Origin: Candidatus Jorgensenbacteria bacterium
GTDB lineage: Bacteria > Patescibacteriota > Minisyncoccia > UBA6257 > GWB1-50-10
Length of the DNA: 37,678 nt
Direction of reading: 5' to 3'
NCBI GenBank assembly: GCA_016234345.1
Contig: JACRFG010000076.1
Location: forward strand, 1 to 37,678
Shown: positions 1-7,529 of the stretch, piece by piece
Numbering within the stretch: the first letter of the stretch is position 1
Layout of the letters: the number at the start of each line of letters is the position of its first letter
The notes under the pieces: generated by a model
Databases searched by the model: none
The model's input: only the letters and a program-made list of their open reading frames with translations
What the model was told of the DNA's origin: nothing
Translations under genes and position numbers: made by a program

Positions 1-789
1 TCTAAAAAGCAACCTCTGAGGAACGGTCATTCCTTCTGCATAAACTGAGTTTGATTGCTGAATAATTGAACCGATCCAGTTACAGCTGCCGGCCGGATTA
101 GGACTGTTATCATTCGAACACTGAGCAAAATCAGTCGGAAGTGAGTCGGTGAATGTTGTTTCGACTAACTTTTCACCAGAAACAGTACTGACCACCGCGT
201 TATAAACCGGCACAAAAAGATCGCTAAGAGTGTGGAAGTAAGTAAACGAACCTTGTTCGTCGGTAGTAAGGTTAATCGAGGTATCGTTATAATTCTCATC
301 TTCTACAGTACCGCCGAAAATTCTTAAAACAACATTCTGTACAGCTTGAAATAAACTACCAAAAAATCCGACGGTTTCACCTGGATGATAGTCGGATTTA
401 TCAGTCGTAAGAACCGGCGCAACAGTAACGGTTGTTTGCGTCGCCGAAGATGGAGTTGTGTTACTTGCAGATGTATCGCTCGTAGATGTATTGTCTACCG
501 GAACATCTGTCGTAACCGATTCAGTTGATGGAGTAGATTCTTCGACTGCTGACGTTGTCGGAGAATCGACTACATTATTTTCTTCAGTACTAACTGAAGT
601 TGAATCGTCGCTCGGAGCAACGACGGTCTCATCGCTCGGTGACGTTGTGGCGTCTACCGAAGAGACAACGGAACTATCCGCTTCCTCGGCTTGAGTGAAC
701 GGAACCATCGACCCACTTACAAAAAAGAGCTGCGCCGCTATGACTGCGACGACCAGCAAAAAGCTGGATTTGGTATTAAATTTTTTCAT
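1..789 (-). CDS. Secreted Ser/Thr-rich surface protein, N-terminal 263 codons (3' end runs off the window)
   Basis: ATG at 789-787 opens an uninterrupted minus-strand frame down to position 1. My translation is MKKFNTKSSFLLVVAVIAAQLFFVSGSMVPFTQAEE..., a signal-peptide-like N-terminus. About 110 aa of S/T/D/E-rich low complexity follow, then a globular part (..TTDKSDYHPGETVGFFG..CSNDNSPNPAGSCNW..). It is absent from the ORF track because there is no stop inside the window. The + ORF 458..694 is its antisense shadow. Confidence 0.6.
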   Translation of the reverse strand, partial: MKKFNTKSSFLLVVAVIAAQLFFVSGSMVPFTQAEEADSSVVSSVDATTSPSDETVVAPSDDSTSVSTEENNVVDSPTTSAVEESTPSTESVTTDVPVDNTSTSDTSASNTTPSSATQTTVTVAPVLTTDKSDYHPGETVGFFGSLFQAVQNVVLRIFGGTVEDENYNDTSINLTTDEQGSFTYFHTLSDLFVPVYNAVVSTVSGEKLVETTFTDSLPTDFAQCSNDNSPNPAGSCNWIGSIIQQSNSVYAEGMTVPQRLLFR

Positions 790-932
790 GCGTTTTAAAT
801 ATTTTGACCTTGATTTACCCTTCGAAAGGTATGGTGTTTAAGACTAACAAGCCATAAAAACACCGTCAACCTAATCATATATGAATATCATAAGTTAATA
901 TAATAGTCAAGGGGCCAAAAACATGCCCCACC

Positions 933-941
933 TGTTACAAT
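933..941 (+). promoter_or_regulatory. Extended -10 box TGtTACAAT, 6 nt before the ATG at 948 (candidate leaderless start)
   Basis: TG at 933-934 and TACAAT at 936-941, followed by only aaaagc before the ATG. No Shine-Dalgarno sequence fits in that gap. Confidence 0.4.
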
Positions 942-947
942 AAAAGC

Positions 948-2279
948 ATGAAAATACATAAGAAGCTTACCGAACGATATAAATGGTATGAGGCCTGGCA
1001 TCGCCACCCCCGGCACCAACACCATCACTGGTTTGTACTAATTCTTATTTCAATCGCTTTCGTAACCGCTGCTGTTTTTACCACTCCCCCGCCGCCTCCG
1101 GAGAAACTCCAGGCCAATTTAAATATTCCGCATAATCTTTCCATGGGAAAAAATTTGGGGAGCGCTCCTGATCACATTTTAGTTAAATTTAGAGATGATG
1201 TGCCTGCTAACGAACGCGCCCAGGCACTCAAACGACACAATCTGCAAGACAAAACAGAAATCAAGGGAATTGATGTAAGAATTGTCTCAATACCGGACGG
1301 GAGCGACCCACTCGAAGAGATACAAAAATTACAAAACCAGGAAGGACAGCGCATTGAATTCGCTGAAGTTGACATGCTTCTCGCGCCAAGCGCGACACCC
1401 AATGATCCGGAATATATAAATGAGTGGCATCTCGCAAAAATCAATGCGCCGAGCGCGTGGGATACGACACGGGGAGAAAATATAACTATAGCAATCGCCG
1501 ACACGGGCGTTGACTCTACGCATCCGGACTTAGCGCCCCATCTTGTACCCGGTTGGAATCTCGCAGAAAATAATAGTGACACAAACGATGTCTATGGCCA
1601 CGGCACGGCAGTCGCGGGAACTGCAGCCGCCGTCGGCGATAACTCACTCCAAGTAACCGGACTTGCTTATAACGCCTACATCATGCCGCTTCGCATAAGC
1701 GACATAAACGGCAATGCCTATTACTCAATAATTGCGAACGCCATAACCTATGCGGCTGATCATGGCGCAAAAATAGTAAACGTAAGTTACCAAGCGGGTG
1801 GAAGCGCTACTGTCGAGCGGGCCGCGCGATATCTAAAAAAGAAAGGTGGTTTAGCAGTAGTGGCCGAGGGAAACACCGGCGGCTTATCAGCCGATTCCAA
1901 CAGTCAAAGCTTGATTAACGTTGCCGCGACCGACAGCTACGATTCGCGAGCCGGGTGGTCTACCTATGGCAATGATGTTGACGTTGCGGCGCCGGGCCAA
2001 GTGATTTTGAGCACCGCGCGAGGCGGCGCCACAAACTACTGGTCGGGCACATCTTTCTCGGCTCCGCTTGTAAGCGGGCTTCTGGCTCTAATCTGGTCAG
2101 CCAATCCCAACCTCACCCCCGACAATGTTCAAGATATTCTTTTCTCGTCATCTCTTGATCTAGGAGAACCCGGATGGGACCAATATTACGGCTGGGGCAG
2201 GATTGATGCAGCGGCAGCGGTCGCAAACACTTTAACAAGCAAAACTTCGCCAAACACCGTTCCAAAAGGGAGGAGATAG
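948..2279 (+). CDS. Subtilisin-like serine protease (peptidase S8) with N-terminal membrane anchor and propeptide
   Basis: Catalytic motifs AIADTGVD (Asp), HGTAVAGT (His) and GTSFSAPLVSG (Ser), with oxyanion Asn in AEGNTG. A His-rich cytoplasmic N-terminus (WHRHPRHQHHHW) precedes the TM segment FVLILISIAFVTAAVF. An I9-like propeptide follows (ILVKFRDDV...). Confidence 0.9.
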   Translation: MKIHKKLTERYKWYEAWHRHPRHQHHHWFVLILISIAFVTAAVFTTPPPPPEKLQANLNIPHNLSMGKNLGSAPDHILVKFRDDVPANERAQALKRHNLQDKTEIKGIDVRIVSIPDGSDPLEEIQKLQNQEGQRIEFAEVDMLLAPSATPNDPEYINEWHLAKINAPSAWDTTRGENITIAIADTGVDSTHPDLAPHLVPGWNLAENNSDTNDVYGHGTAVAGTAAAVGDNSLQVTGLAYNAYIMPLRISDINGNAYYSIIANAITYAADHGAKIVNVSYQAGGSATVERAARYLKKKGGLAVVAEGNTGGLSADSNSQSLINVAATDSYDSRAGWSTYGNDVDVAAPGQVILSTARGGATNYWSGTSFSAPLVSGLLALIWSANPNLTPDNVQDILFSSSLDLGEPGWDQYYGWGRIDAAAAVANTLTSKTSPNTVPKGRR

Positions 2280-2308
2280 ATAGATTGGTTAATCGCCGCG
2301 TTTCAAAC

Positions 2309-2337
2309 AAAAAATCGTCCGACTTGGACGATTTTTT
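2309..2337. terminator. Bidirectional intrinsic terminator hairpin
   Basis: AAAAAATCGTCC-gactt-GGACGATTTTTT is a 12-bp stem whose arms carry an A-run and a T-run. It lies between convergent genes ending at 2279 and 2363. Confidence 0.7.
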
Positions 2338-2362
2338 AATTTTGTCTTAACCTTTTTAACTA

Positions 2363-2779
2363 TTACCAAAACGCTAAAATAGAAATCGTGATCAAAAGAG
2401 AAACAAACTGATAAGCAATGTTGAAGAGATAAAGCTTGGCTGACTTCCCTTCCCAAAGCACCGAGTTCGCAAGCGTTGTTGCAAAAAATCCGAGCCACAC
2501 CAAAAACGTGAACATGAAGACACCAACCACATCCGTAATATTCAAAGCATTAATAAAGTAAGCGAGCACGTACGTCATAACCAAAACACTCACAAAGCCG
2601 AGCGTCATAGCTTTCTTTGGCGTCATCTTCATGGCTTTCATGTTCTCATGCGTAATGCCGGCCAGACGCATCCAATGTTTGCCGAAAAGCGGACCGTGCC
2701 AAGCAGCACCAATAACAAAATTAACAATAGCTGCGACCAAAACCGCCAAACAATTAATACTAAAGGTAAAATCAAACAT
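2363..2779 (-). CDS. DUF1761-family small membrane protein
   Basis: 138 aa with 4 hydrophobic segments. The N-terminal signature LAVLVAAIVNFVIGAAWHGPLFGKHWM matches my recollection of the DUF1761 consensus. Confidence 0.7.
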   Translation of the reverse strand: MFDFTFSINCLAVLVAAIVNFVIGAAWHGPLFGKHWMRLAGITHENMKAMKMTPKKAMTLGFVSVLVMTYVLAYFINALNITDVVGVFMFTFLVWLGFFATTLANSVLWEGKSAKLYLFNIAYQFVSLLITISILAFW

Positions 2780-2786
2780 AAATATA

Positions 2787-2795
2787 ATTATAGCA
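2787..2795 (-). promoter_or_regulatory. Extended -10 box TGcTATAAT, 7 nt before the ATG at 2779 (candidate leaderless start)
   Basis: The minus strand reads TGCTATAAT-tatattt-ATG. No SD is possible in the 7-nt gap. Confidence 0.4.
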
Positions 2796-2852
2796 AAAAC
2801 GAATTCGAGATACGGTTATTTATTCATACATACAAATTAGGATTAAGTGTGT

Positions 2853-2888
2853 GCCTCAAAAATCACGCATATGCGTGATTTTTGAGGC
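2853..2888. repeat. Perfect 36-bp palindrome (18-nt arms, no spacer)
   Basis: GCCTCAAAAATCACGCAT|ATGCGTGATTTTTGAGGC, with every position checked pairwise. It sits in the divergent intergenic region between gene starts at 2779 (-) and 3011 (+). Confidence 0.9.
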
Positions 2889-2930
2889 GTCATAAAACAT
2901 AATTTTAGAATCACAAAAAATCTGACAAAC

Positions 2931-2959
2931 TTTACATCTCAATATTTTCGTGTTATTAT
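2931..2959 (+). promoter_or_regulatory. Sigma70-like promoter for the dehydrogenase gene
   Basis: TTTACA (2931-2936), a 17-nt spacer ending in TGt, then TATTAT (2954-2959). An AAGGA Shine-Dalgarno lies about 8 nt before the GTG at 3011. Confidence 0.5.
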
Positions 2960-3010
2960 TTATCCAGTACATCAAATGCAATATCCTATACCAGAAGAAA
3001 GGAAACAAAA

Positions 3011-4018
3011 GTGAGCCCATATCAAATCACCGTCATCCCCGGAGACGGCATTGGCCCAGAGGTTATTGACTCCGCCATGCGCGTCGTTGAAGCGACCAAA
3101 ATCCCAGTTGCCTGGCATATCTCCCACGCAGGAGAACATACACAGATAAGGGAAGGCAATCCGCTCCCGGAAAAAACCATCGAATCCATAAAACACTCGC
3201 GAGTGGCAATTAAAGGACCGACCAATACACCGGTTGGAAGCGGTTTCCGAAGCATCAACGTCGAGCTCAGAAAGATTTTTGATCTCTTCGCGAATGTCCG
3301 CCCGGTCGTGTCGATCCCCGGCATCACAACACTCTTCTCGAATGTCGATGTCGTGATATTTCGTGAAAACACCGAAGACCTCTACATTGGCGAAGAACGC
3401 ATGGCAAAAGACGGCGTCGCGGAAGCAGTAAGCCGGATCACGCGCGACGGAAGCGAACGCATCGCACGATACGCATTCGAATATGCCGTACGACACAATC
3501 GGAAAAAGGTGACTGTAGTCCACAAAGCCAATATCCTGAAACTCACCCACGGCCTTTTCCTCGAAACCGCGCGCGGCGTAGCAAAGAGTTATCCAAAGAT
3601 AGAATTCAACAACATGATTGCCGACAACTTCATGCTCCAGCTCGTACGGAACCACAAACAATTCGACTGCATACTCCTGCCGAATTTCTTGGGCGACTTG
3701 GCCTCAGACCTCTGCGCGGGACTCGTCGGCGGGCTCGGATTAGCTCCGGGAGCGAACATCGGAAAAAAGTACGCGATCTTCGAAGCGGTTCACGGAACCG
3801 CACCCGATATCATGGGGAAAAAGATCGCAAACCCGACCGCGATCATTCTTTCAGCCGCGCTCATGCTTGAACATATTGGAGAATTTGATGCCGCGAAACG
3901 AGTAACGAATGCGGTAAAGAAAGTTTTGGTTGAGGGCGTATACGTGACCCCAGACATAAATCCGGGCCACCACGTTTCAACCGATACGTTTACTAACGCG
4001 ATTATCAGTAACCTATAA
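3011..4018 (+). CDS. Isocitrate/isopropylmalate dehydrogenase family protein (NAD-IDH / homoisocitrate-DH-like, 335 aa)
   Basis: GTG start. N-terminal ITVIPGDGIGPEV, then SINVELRKIFDLFANVRP, and a C-terminal LLPNFLGDLASDLCAGLVGGLGLAPGANIG block typical of beta-decarboxylating dehydrogenases. Confidence 0.85.
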   Translation: MSPYQITVIPGDGIGPEVIDSAMRVVEATKIPVAWHISHAGEHTQIREGNPLPEKTIESIKHSRVAIKGPTNTPVGSGFRSINVELRKIFDLFANVRPVVSIPGITTLFSNVDVVIFRENTEDLYIGEERMAKDGVAEAVSRITRDGSERIARYAFEYAVRHNRKKVTVVHKANILKLTHGLFLETARGVAKSYPKIEFNNMIADNFMLQLVRNHKQFDCILLPNFLGDLASDLCAGLVGGLGLAPGANIGKKYAIFEAVHGTAPDIMGKKIANPTAIILSAALMLEHIGEFDAAKRVTNAVKKVLVEGVYVTPDINPGHHVSTDTFTNAIISNL

Positions 4019-4026
4019 CATTTATC

Positions 4027-4057
4027 AAAACCGTCTGACCTAAATCAGACGGTTTTT
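4027..4057 (+). terminator. Intrinsic terminator of the dehydrogenase gene
   Basis: AAAACCGTCTGA-cctaaa-TCAGACGGTTTT followed by TGCGTTTTT. Confidence 0.7.
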
Positions 4058-4085
4058 GCGTTTTTATGCATACTATATATAGAAG

Positions 4086-4110
4086 GAGCCACTGTTAAAA
4101 ACAGTGGCTC
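4086..4110 (-). terminator. Hairpin downstream of the vWA gene (minus strand)
   Basis: GAGCCACTGT-taaaa-ACAGTGGCTC, 16 nt after the TAG at 4127-4129. The trailing sequence on the minus strand is only moderately U-rich. Confidence 0.5.
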
Positions 4111-4126
4111 TTGTATTACGTCAAAA

Positions 4127-5224
4127 CTAACGATCGAGATCAACTTCATAAAGGAATTGGGTTCCGCCGATCAACTTGCGGTTAACCGAAGTGCTCTGCA
4201 CAAACACATCGAAATCTTCCAAAGCTGCCGGACGGATCCGAGCGGTCTTACCTTCGGAAAGACCTATCATCTTTCGGGCGGTTTTGCCGGAATACATATC
4301 TCCGGTCGCCTTATCCCGAAGCACGACTTCTTTATACCCTTGGATAGTCTCGGCCTTGGTGAACTGATAGAAGCCGCGGCCTTTCTTGAACACGAGACTG
4401 TTCTCTTCCACAAATTCACGGATGGGAATATCGTCGTCGACGCTCAAAATCTGGAAACGTCCCGGAGGAACTACTTCCAACGATCGCGGCGCACGAGAAA
4501 ATCTCGAAGATACCGGACGATCGGAGAGCCAAGCAAAACTCGCGTCCAACGTGCGGGTCATCCGACCAGAGTCTTCAATCTCTTCTTCCAAGCGTTTCAG
4601 CTGTTCCCGACCGCCTTGCTTAAGGCAAATCGCGGTCAGCAAATCGGTCACTTCGGAAAACTGATCAAGAAGGAAATGATATCCGCCGGTTCGTTCGGCA
4701 AGTTCCCGATAAAATGATGATGCGTGGCTTCCCTTGCTCAAACACTGGACCGCATACACGACAACGCCCATCGCAGCGAGTGCATCCGCTTCTTTACGCC
4801 AATCCAATCCTTTACCGTTATGACGGACATTTTGTAAGTCATAAGGCGCGTGAGGCACATCATCGGCAACGAGTACAAGAACTTTCTTGGCGTTATGCCG
4901 CCAATCCAATTCTTGCGCCTCGCGAAGAACGAGTTCGTAACATTCGGGCAGGTCTCCGCCGTTCGTGTTTTTAACTTCGCGAACAAAACGGCAAAGCCGA
5001 TGAATATCGGACGTAAGACCACTCCACGTGGTTACGTAAGTGCTATTTTTGTCACAGTAATCCCCGTTCGCACCCATGCCGATACGAAGATTAGGGACTT
5101 CCTTAAAAAGCCTAGTCAATGAATCTTCAACGCTCTTTCGAACTACTCCGATACAAGGGGACATGGATCCGGTCGTATCAAAATTGAACACCACCTCAAC
5201 ATGTCCGTTAGTGCTTCCTTTCAA
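4127..5224 (-). CDS. von Willebrand factor A (vWA) domain protein with uncharacterised C-terminal half
   Basis: TTG start preceded by GGAG with an 8-nt spacer. MIDAS-like motif FNFDTTGSM, then a Rossmann-like pattern (..NGGDLPECYELVL.., KKVLVLVADDVPH, GVVVYAVQC). I cannot assign the last approximately 170 aa to any family. Confidence 0.7.
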   Translation of the reverse strand: MKGSTNGHVEVVFNFDTTGSMSPCIGVVRKSVEDSLTRLFKEVPNLRIGMGANGDYCDKNSTYVTTWSGLTSDIHRLCRFVREVKNTNGGDLPECYELVLREAQELDWRHNAKKVLVLVADDVPHAPYDLQNVRHNGKGLDWRKEADALAAMGVVVYAVQCLSKGSHASSFYRELAERTGGYHFLLDQFSEVTDLLTAICLKQGGREQLKRLEEEIEDSGRMTRTLDASFAWLSDRPVSSRFSRAPRSLEVVPPGRFQILSVDDDIPIREFVEENSLVFKKGRGFYQFTKAETIQGYKEVVLRDKATGDMYSGKTARKMIGLSEGKTARIRPAALEDFDVFVQSTSVNRKLIGGTQFLYEVDLDR

Positions 5225-5358
5225 AAACTGATCTCCTTTCTATTATTTTTAAACGTGCTTTGCCTAAAGCCAAAATTAGAAGCTCCAAGGCGATGCTAGT
5301 GTGACACAACTATATTCTCATGTCAAGTTAAGAATAGGATATGTAAAAAAAAAACAAC

Positions 5359-5889
5359 CTAGTATGCGCGCAAAGGATTACTCTGGATTATCCGATCAAC
5401 TTCTTCATAGCCGGGAGGAAAAGCAAAGTTATAACGAGCCGGTAAAGCAAAAACATATCTGGGATTTCGTCCAAGTTCACTCGGACCGATCGGAGTCGCC
5501 CCGATATGAAATTTTTCCTTCTGAAGATCAATCCATTGATCGAGCGTGAAAACCATTATCGGAATGTCCTGGTATGGGACAGCGGCAGTCCATTTTGGAT
5601 TGTGTATAGAGACGACCGGCCCATCAGTAAACGCCGTATCGCCAAGCTCGTCATTAATAGCGTAGCCGGTCCACTTATCCACGGTGACGGAATATCCTTT
5701 CCAACTTATAGGCAACGATAAACTAAACCTATATTCCGTGTTTTTATATTCCAAAGAAGTCTCGGTATTTTTTATATCGGGAACAACGGGGCCGGGTGAA
5801 TTTTTAAAACTGACAAAGTGCCAAACAACCCAAACAAAAATAATGATGGCGATACCAAAAACAATTTTTAATATCAGGGTTTTATTCAT
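5359..5889 (-). CDS. Hypothetical membrane-anchored extracytoplasmic protein
   Basis: 176 aa with an N-terminal TM/signal anchor (ILKIVFGIAIIIFVWVVW). ATGA start/stop overlap with the upstream gene at 5886-5889. Confidence 0.55.
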   Translation of the reverse strand: MNKTLILKIVFGIAIIIFVWVVWHFVSFKNSPGPVVPDIKNTETSLEYKNTEYRFSLSLPISWKGYSVTVDKWTGYAINDELGDTAFTDGPVVSIHNPKWTAAVPYQDIPIMVFTLDQWIDLQKEKFHIGATPIGPSELGRNPRYVFALPARYNFAFPPGYEEVDRIIQSNPLRAY

Positions 5890-6488
5890 AACGATAAGGT
5901 CTTACTCCGGATTCGTTTTATAGCGAAATCGCTCCGGGAATACATTATGCCGCCATAGATAAAAATCGATCCTAAGATCGCATGCAAAGATGCGTTTAAC
6001 AGAATATCGCCGCGTAGGGTAAAGAGCATGAGCGATAAGGCACCCCAGGCAAGAGTAGCCGGAATCTTTATATGCCAATATTTTGGTTCGAGAAGATGGC
6101 ACGTCGAATAGATCGGGACAACCAATAACACAACAATCCAAAAATCAAGCAGGCCGGATAAATAGTAAGCGATCGAGACGAGAGTTAACTGTTGTATAAG
6201 CGCCGAAAGCACGTACAAAAAACCAAAACGGCCCAAGAGAAGAGGGGTGGCCGCGGTTACCACCGCAAAAAACAGTACGGAAGAGAAATAAAAATTCCAC
6301 GGAAACGGGCGGGAGGCAAAATGGAGCAGATATTGGCTCAAAAAAATTGAAAGACAGAGAGCGCCGTGGACGACCAACATACGAAAAACAGTGCCCGATC
6401 GGCGGGGAAAAAAACCGATAATGCCAAATACGAGCAGTACCGGGAGAAAATATGCGATGAACCATCCTCCGAGCGCAGAGAGAATCAT
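5886..6488 (-). CDS. Hypothetical polytopic integral membrane protein
   Basis: 200 aa with about 6 hydrophobic segments. Translationally coupled to the downstream ORF. No family motif recognised with confidence. Confidence 0.55.
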   Translation of the reverse strand: MILSALGGWFIAYFLPVLLVFGIIGFFPRRSGTVFRMLVVHGALCLSIFLSQYLLHFASRPFPWNFYFSSVLFFAVVTAATPLLLGRFGFLYVLSALIQQLTLVSIAYYLSGLLDFWIVVLLVVPIYSTCHLLEPKYWHIKIPATLAWGALSLMLFTLRGDILLNASLHAILGSIFIYGGIMYSRSDFAIKRIRSKTLSL

Positions 6489-6509
6489 GATGCAAAAGAA
6501 TTAACTCTA

Positions 6510-6518
6510 ATTTTATCA
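6510..6518 (-). promoter_or_regulatory. Extended -10 box TGaTAAAAT upstream of the 5886..6488 operon
   Basis: The minus strand reads cgTGATAAAATtagag, about 20 nt before the ATG at 6488 and just downstream of the terminator hairpin. Confidence 0.3.
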
Positions 6519-6534
6519 CGAATTTAAAAATATG

Positions 6535-6561
6535 AACCGGCTGCACTTATGACAGCCGGTT
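6535..6561 (-). terminator. Intrinsic terminator after the DUF2784-like gene
   Basis: AACCGGCTG-9 nt-CAGCCGGTT overlaps the stop codon. On the minus strand it is followed by CATATTTTTAAATT. Confidence 0.55.
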
Positions 6562-6922
6562 ATCTTCCGAGTAACGAATTAATGCCCCACAAAATAAGCG
6601 TCCAAGCGAATACCGCTACCAGAGCGTAGACGATGCGCTTCGGCGGTATTTCCACACGGAAATATTTCTTCATATAATGGCGGACAAAGGCGCCCTCATA
6701 TACTTCGTCAGGAGCGCACTTTGAGAGCATCGCTTTTTCGAAAATGGTTAATGAGCACTGCCACTTGCACGCCCACTGGTGAAGCAGGGTAAGACCCAAG
6801 AAAAGAATGTGAACCGGAACGTACCCGGGGTGAAACAGTCCCACGATTGCACCCACAAAAATCCATAACAACAAAACCCAGTGCAGCAAAAAGGCGGAAC
6901 GCGCTAACAGTCTGTATATCAC
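6560..6922 (-). CDS. DUF2784-like small membrane protein
   Basis: GTG start preceded by a strong GGAGG SD with a 5-nt spacer. 120 aa; MIYRLLARSAFLLHWVLLLWIF...WQCSLTIFE resembles the DUF2784 pattern (TM-TM-CPLTxxE). Confidence 0.6.
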   Translation of the reverse strand: MIYRLLARSAFLLHWVLLLWIFVGAIVGLFHPGYVPVHILFLGLTLLHQWACKWQCSLTIFEKAMLSKCAPDEVYEGAFVRHYMKKYFRVEIPPKRIVYALVAVFAWTLILWGINSLLGR

Positions 6923-6997
6923 AGAAACCTCCTATCCTAGGAATTAATTAAATAGAACTTTCCCCATACTATTGCGAAAGCACCAAAAAGTAAATTG

Positions 6998-7084
6998 CGG
7001 TGGGGGTGAGATTCGAACTCACGATACCCTTTCGGGTATAACGGTTTTCAAGACCGTCCCTTTCAACCACTCAGGCACCCCACC
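6998..7084 (-). tRNA. tRNA-Ser (anticodon TGA)
   Basis: Hand-folded cloverleaf. Acceptor GGTGGGG/CCCCACC, anticodon arm ACGGT-CTTGAAA-ACCGT, long variable arm ATACCC-GAAA-GGGTAT, T arm GTGAG-TTCGAAT-CTCAC, discriminator G. No encoded CCA. Confidence 0.9.
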
Positions 7085-7123
7085 TTTACAGAAAAAGATT
7101 ACCTCAAAATTTTCTATCGGTAA

Positions 7124-7152
7124 ACACAAAAACCCAACCATACGGTTGGGTT
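7124..7152 (-). terminator. Intrinsic terminator (minus strand)
   Basis: AACCCAACC-atac-GGTTGGGTT. On the minus strand it is followed by TTTGTGTTT, 19 nt after the TAA at 7171-7173. Confidence 0.6.
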
Positions 7153-7170
7153 TGTTATATAAACTAAAAC

Positions 7171-7374
7171 TTAAAGTGCCGGAACAGCGCTGCTAATTTG
7201 CAAATCTCGAATATTTAAGGCGCTACCGCCACACATTCTGCACGTCGCCTCTTGTCGCAACCAATGCCATACGTAATAGCATTTTGAACATTCATGTCGA
7301 TACATAACCGCCCTGGGCAAACCGCCATCGCCCTTCCCCAAGGACGGTTGGCTCCTGTTAATCAATCCGATCAT
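7171..7374 (-). CDS. Small zinc-ribbon protein (start uncertain: ATG 7374 or ATG 7305)
   Basis: The C-terminal CSKC...17 aa...CRMCGG forms a CxxC-CxxC knuckle pair, and the MYRHECSKC.. layout resembles FmdB-type zinc ribbons. The 115-aa track ORF (to 7518) is rejected because its 5' part is AT-rich and runs through the sufB terminator hairpin. Confidence 0.35.
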   Translation of the reverse strand: MIGLINRSQPSLGKGDGGLPRAVMYRHECSKCYYVWHWLRQEATCRMCGGSALNIRDLQISSAVPAL

Positions 7375-7490
7375 ACGATCTAATTCCTTATTGTTGCTCA
7401 AGGAAATTTTCCTTTCTTTTTTAAATAGTGAGTTAAATGTAAAAGAACAGAAGGCATAGTTTATCACAGAATGATTTTTATAGCAAGAAT

Positions 7491-7523
7491 ACAAAAATCC
7501 CGTTGGCCAATGGACCAACGGGA
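7491..7523 (-). terminator. Intrinsic terminator of sufB
   Basis: On the minus strand, TCCCGTTGG-8 nt-CCAACGGGA is followed by TTTTTGT, beginning 6 nt after the sufB TAA. Confidence 0.75.
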
Positions 7524-7529
7524 TGTAAT

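Noticed and set aside
2972-3661. Long antisense or alternate-frame ORFs inside confident genes (e.g. 2972..3661 -, 1172..1582 -, 4157..4717 +, 458..694 +, 11156..11566 +, 22922..23443 +, 31242..31607 +, 34304..34600 +)
   Set aside because: Each lies within a gene whose product has clear family motifs on the other strand or frame. Their translations are compositionally odd, consistent with shadow ORFs.
7375-7518. N-terminal part of the 115-aa track ORF 7171..7518
   Set aside because: It is AT-rich with non-coding-like sequence and reads through the sufB terminator hairpin and T-tract (7491-7523). Only the GC-rich zinc-ribbon part is retained, at low confidence.
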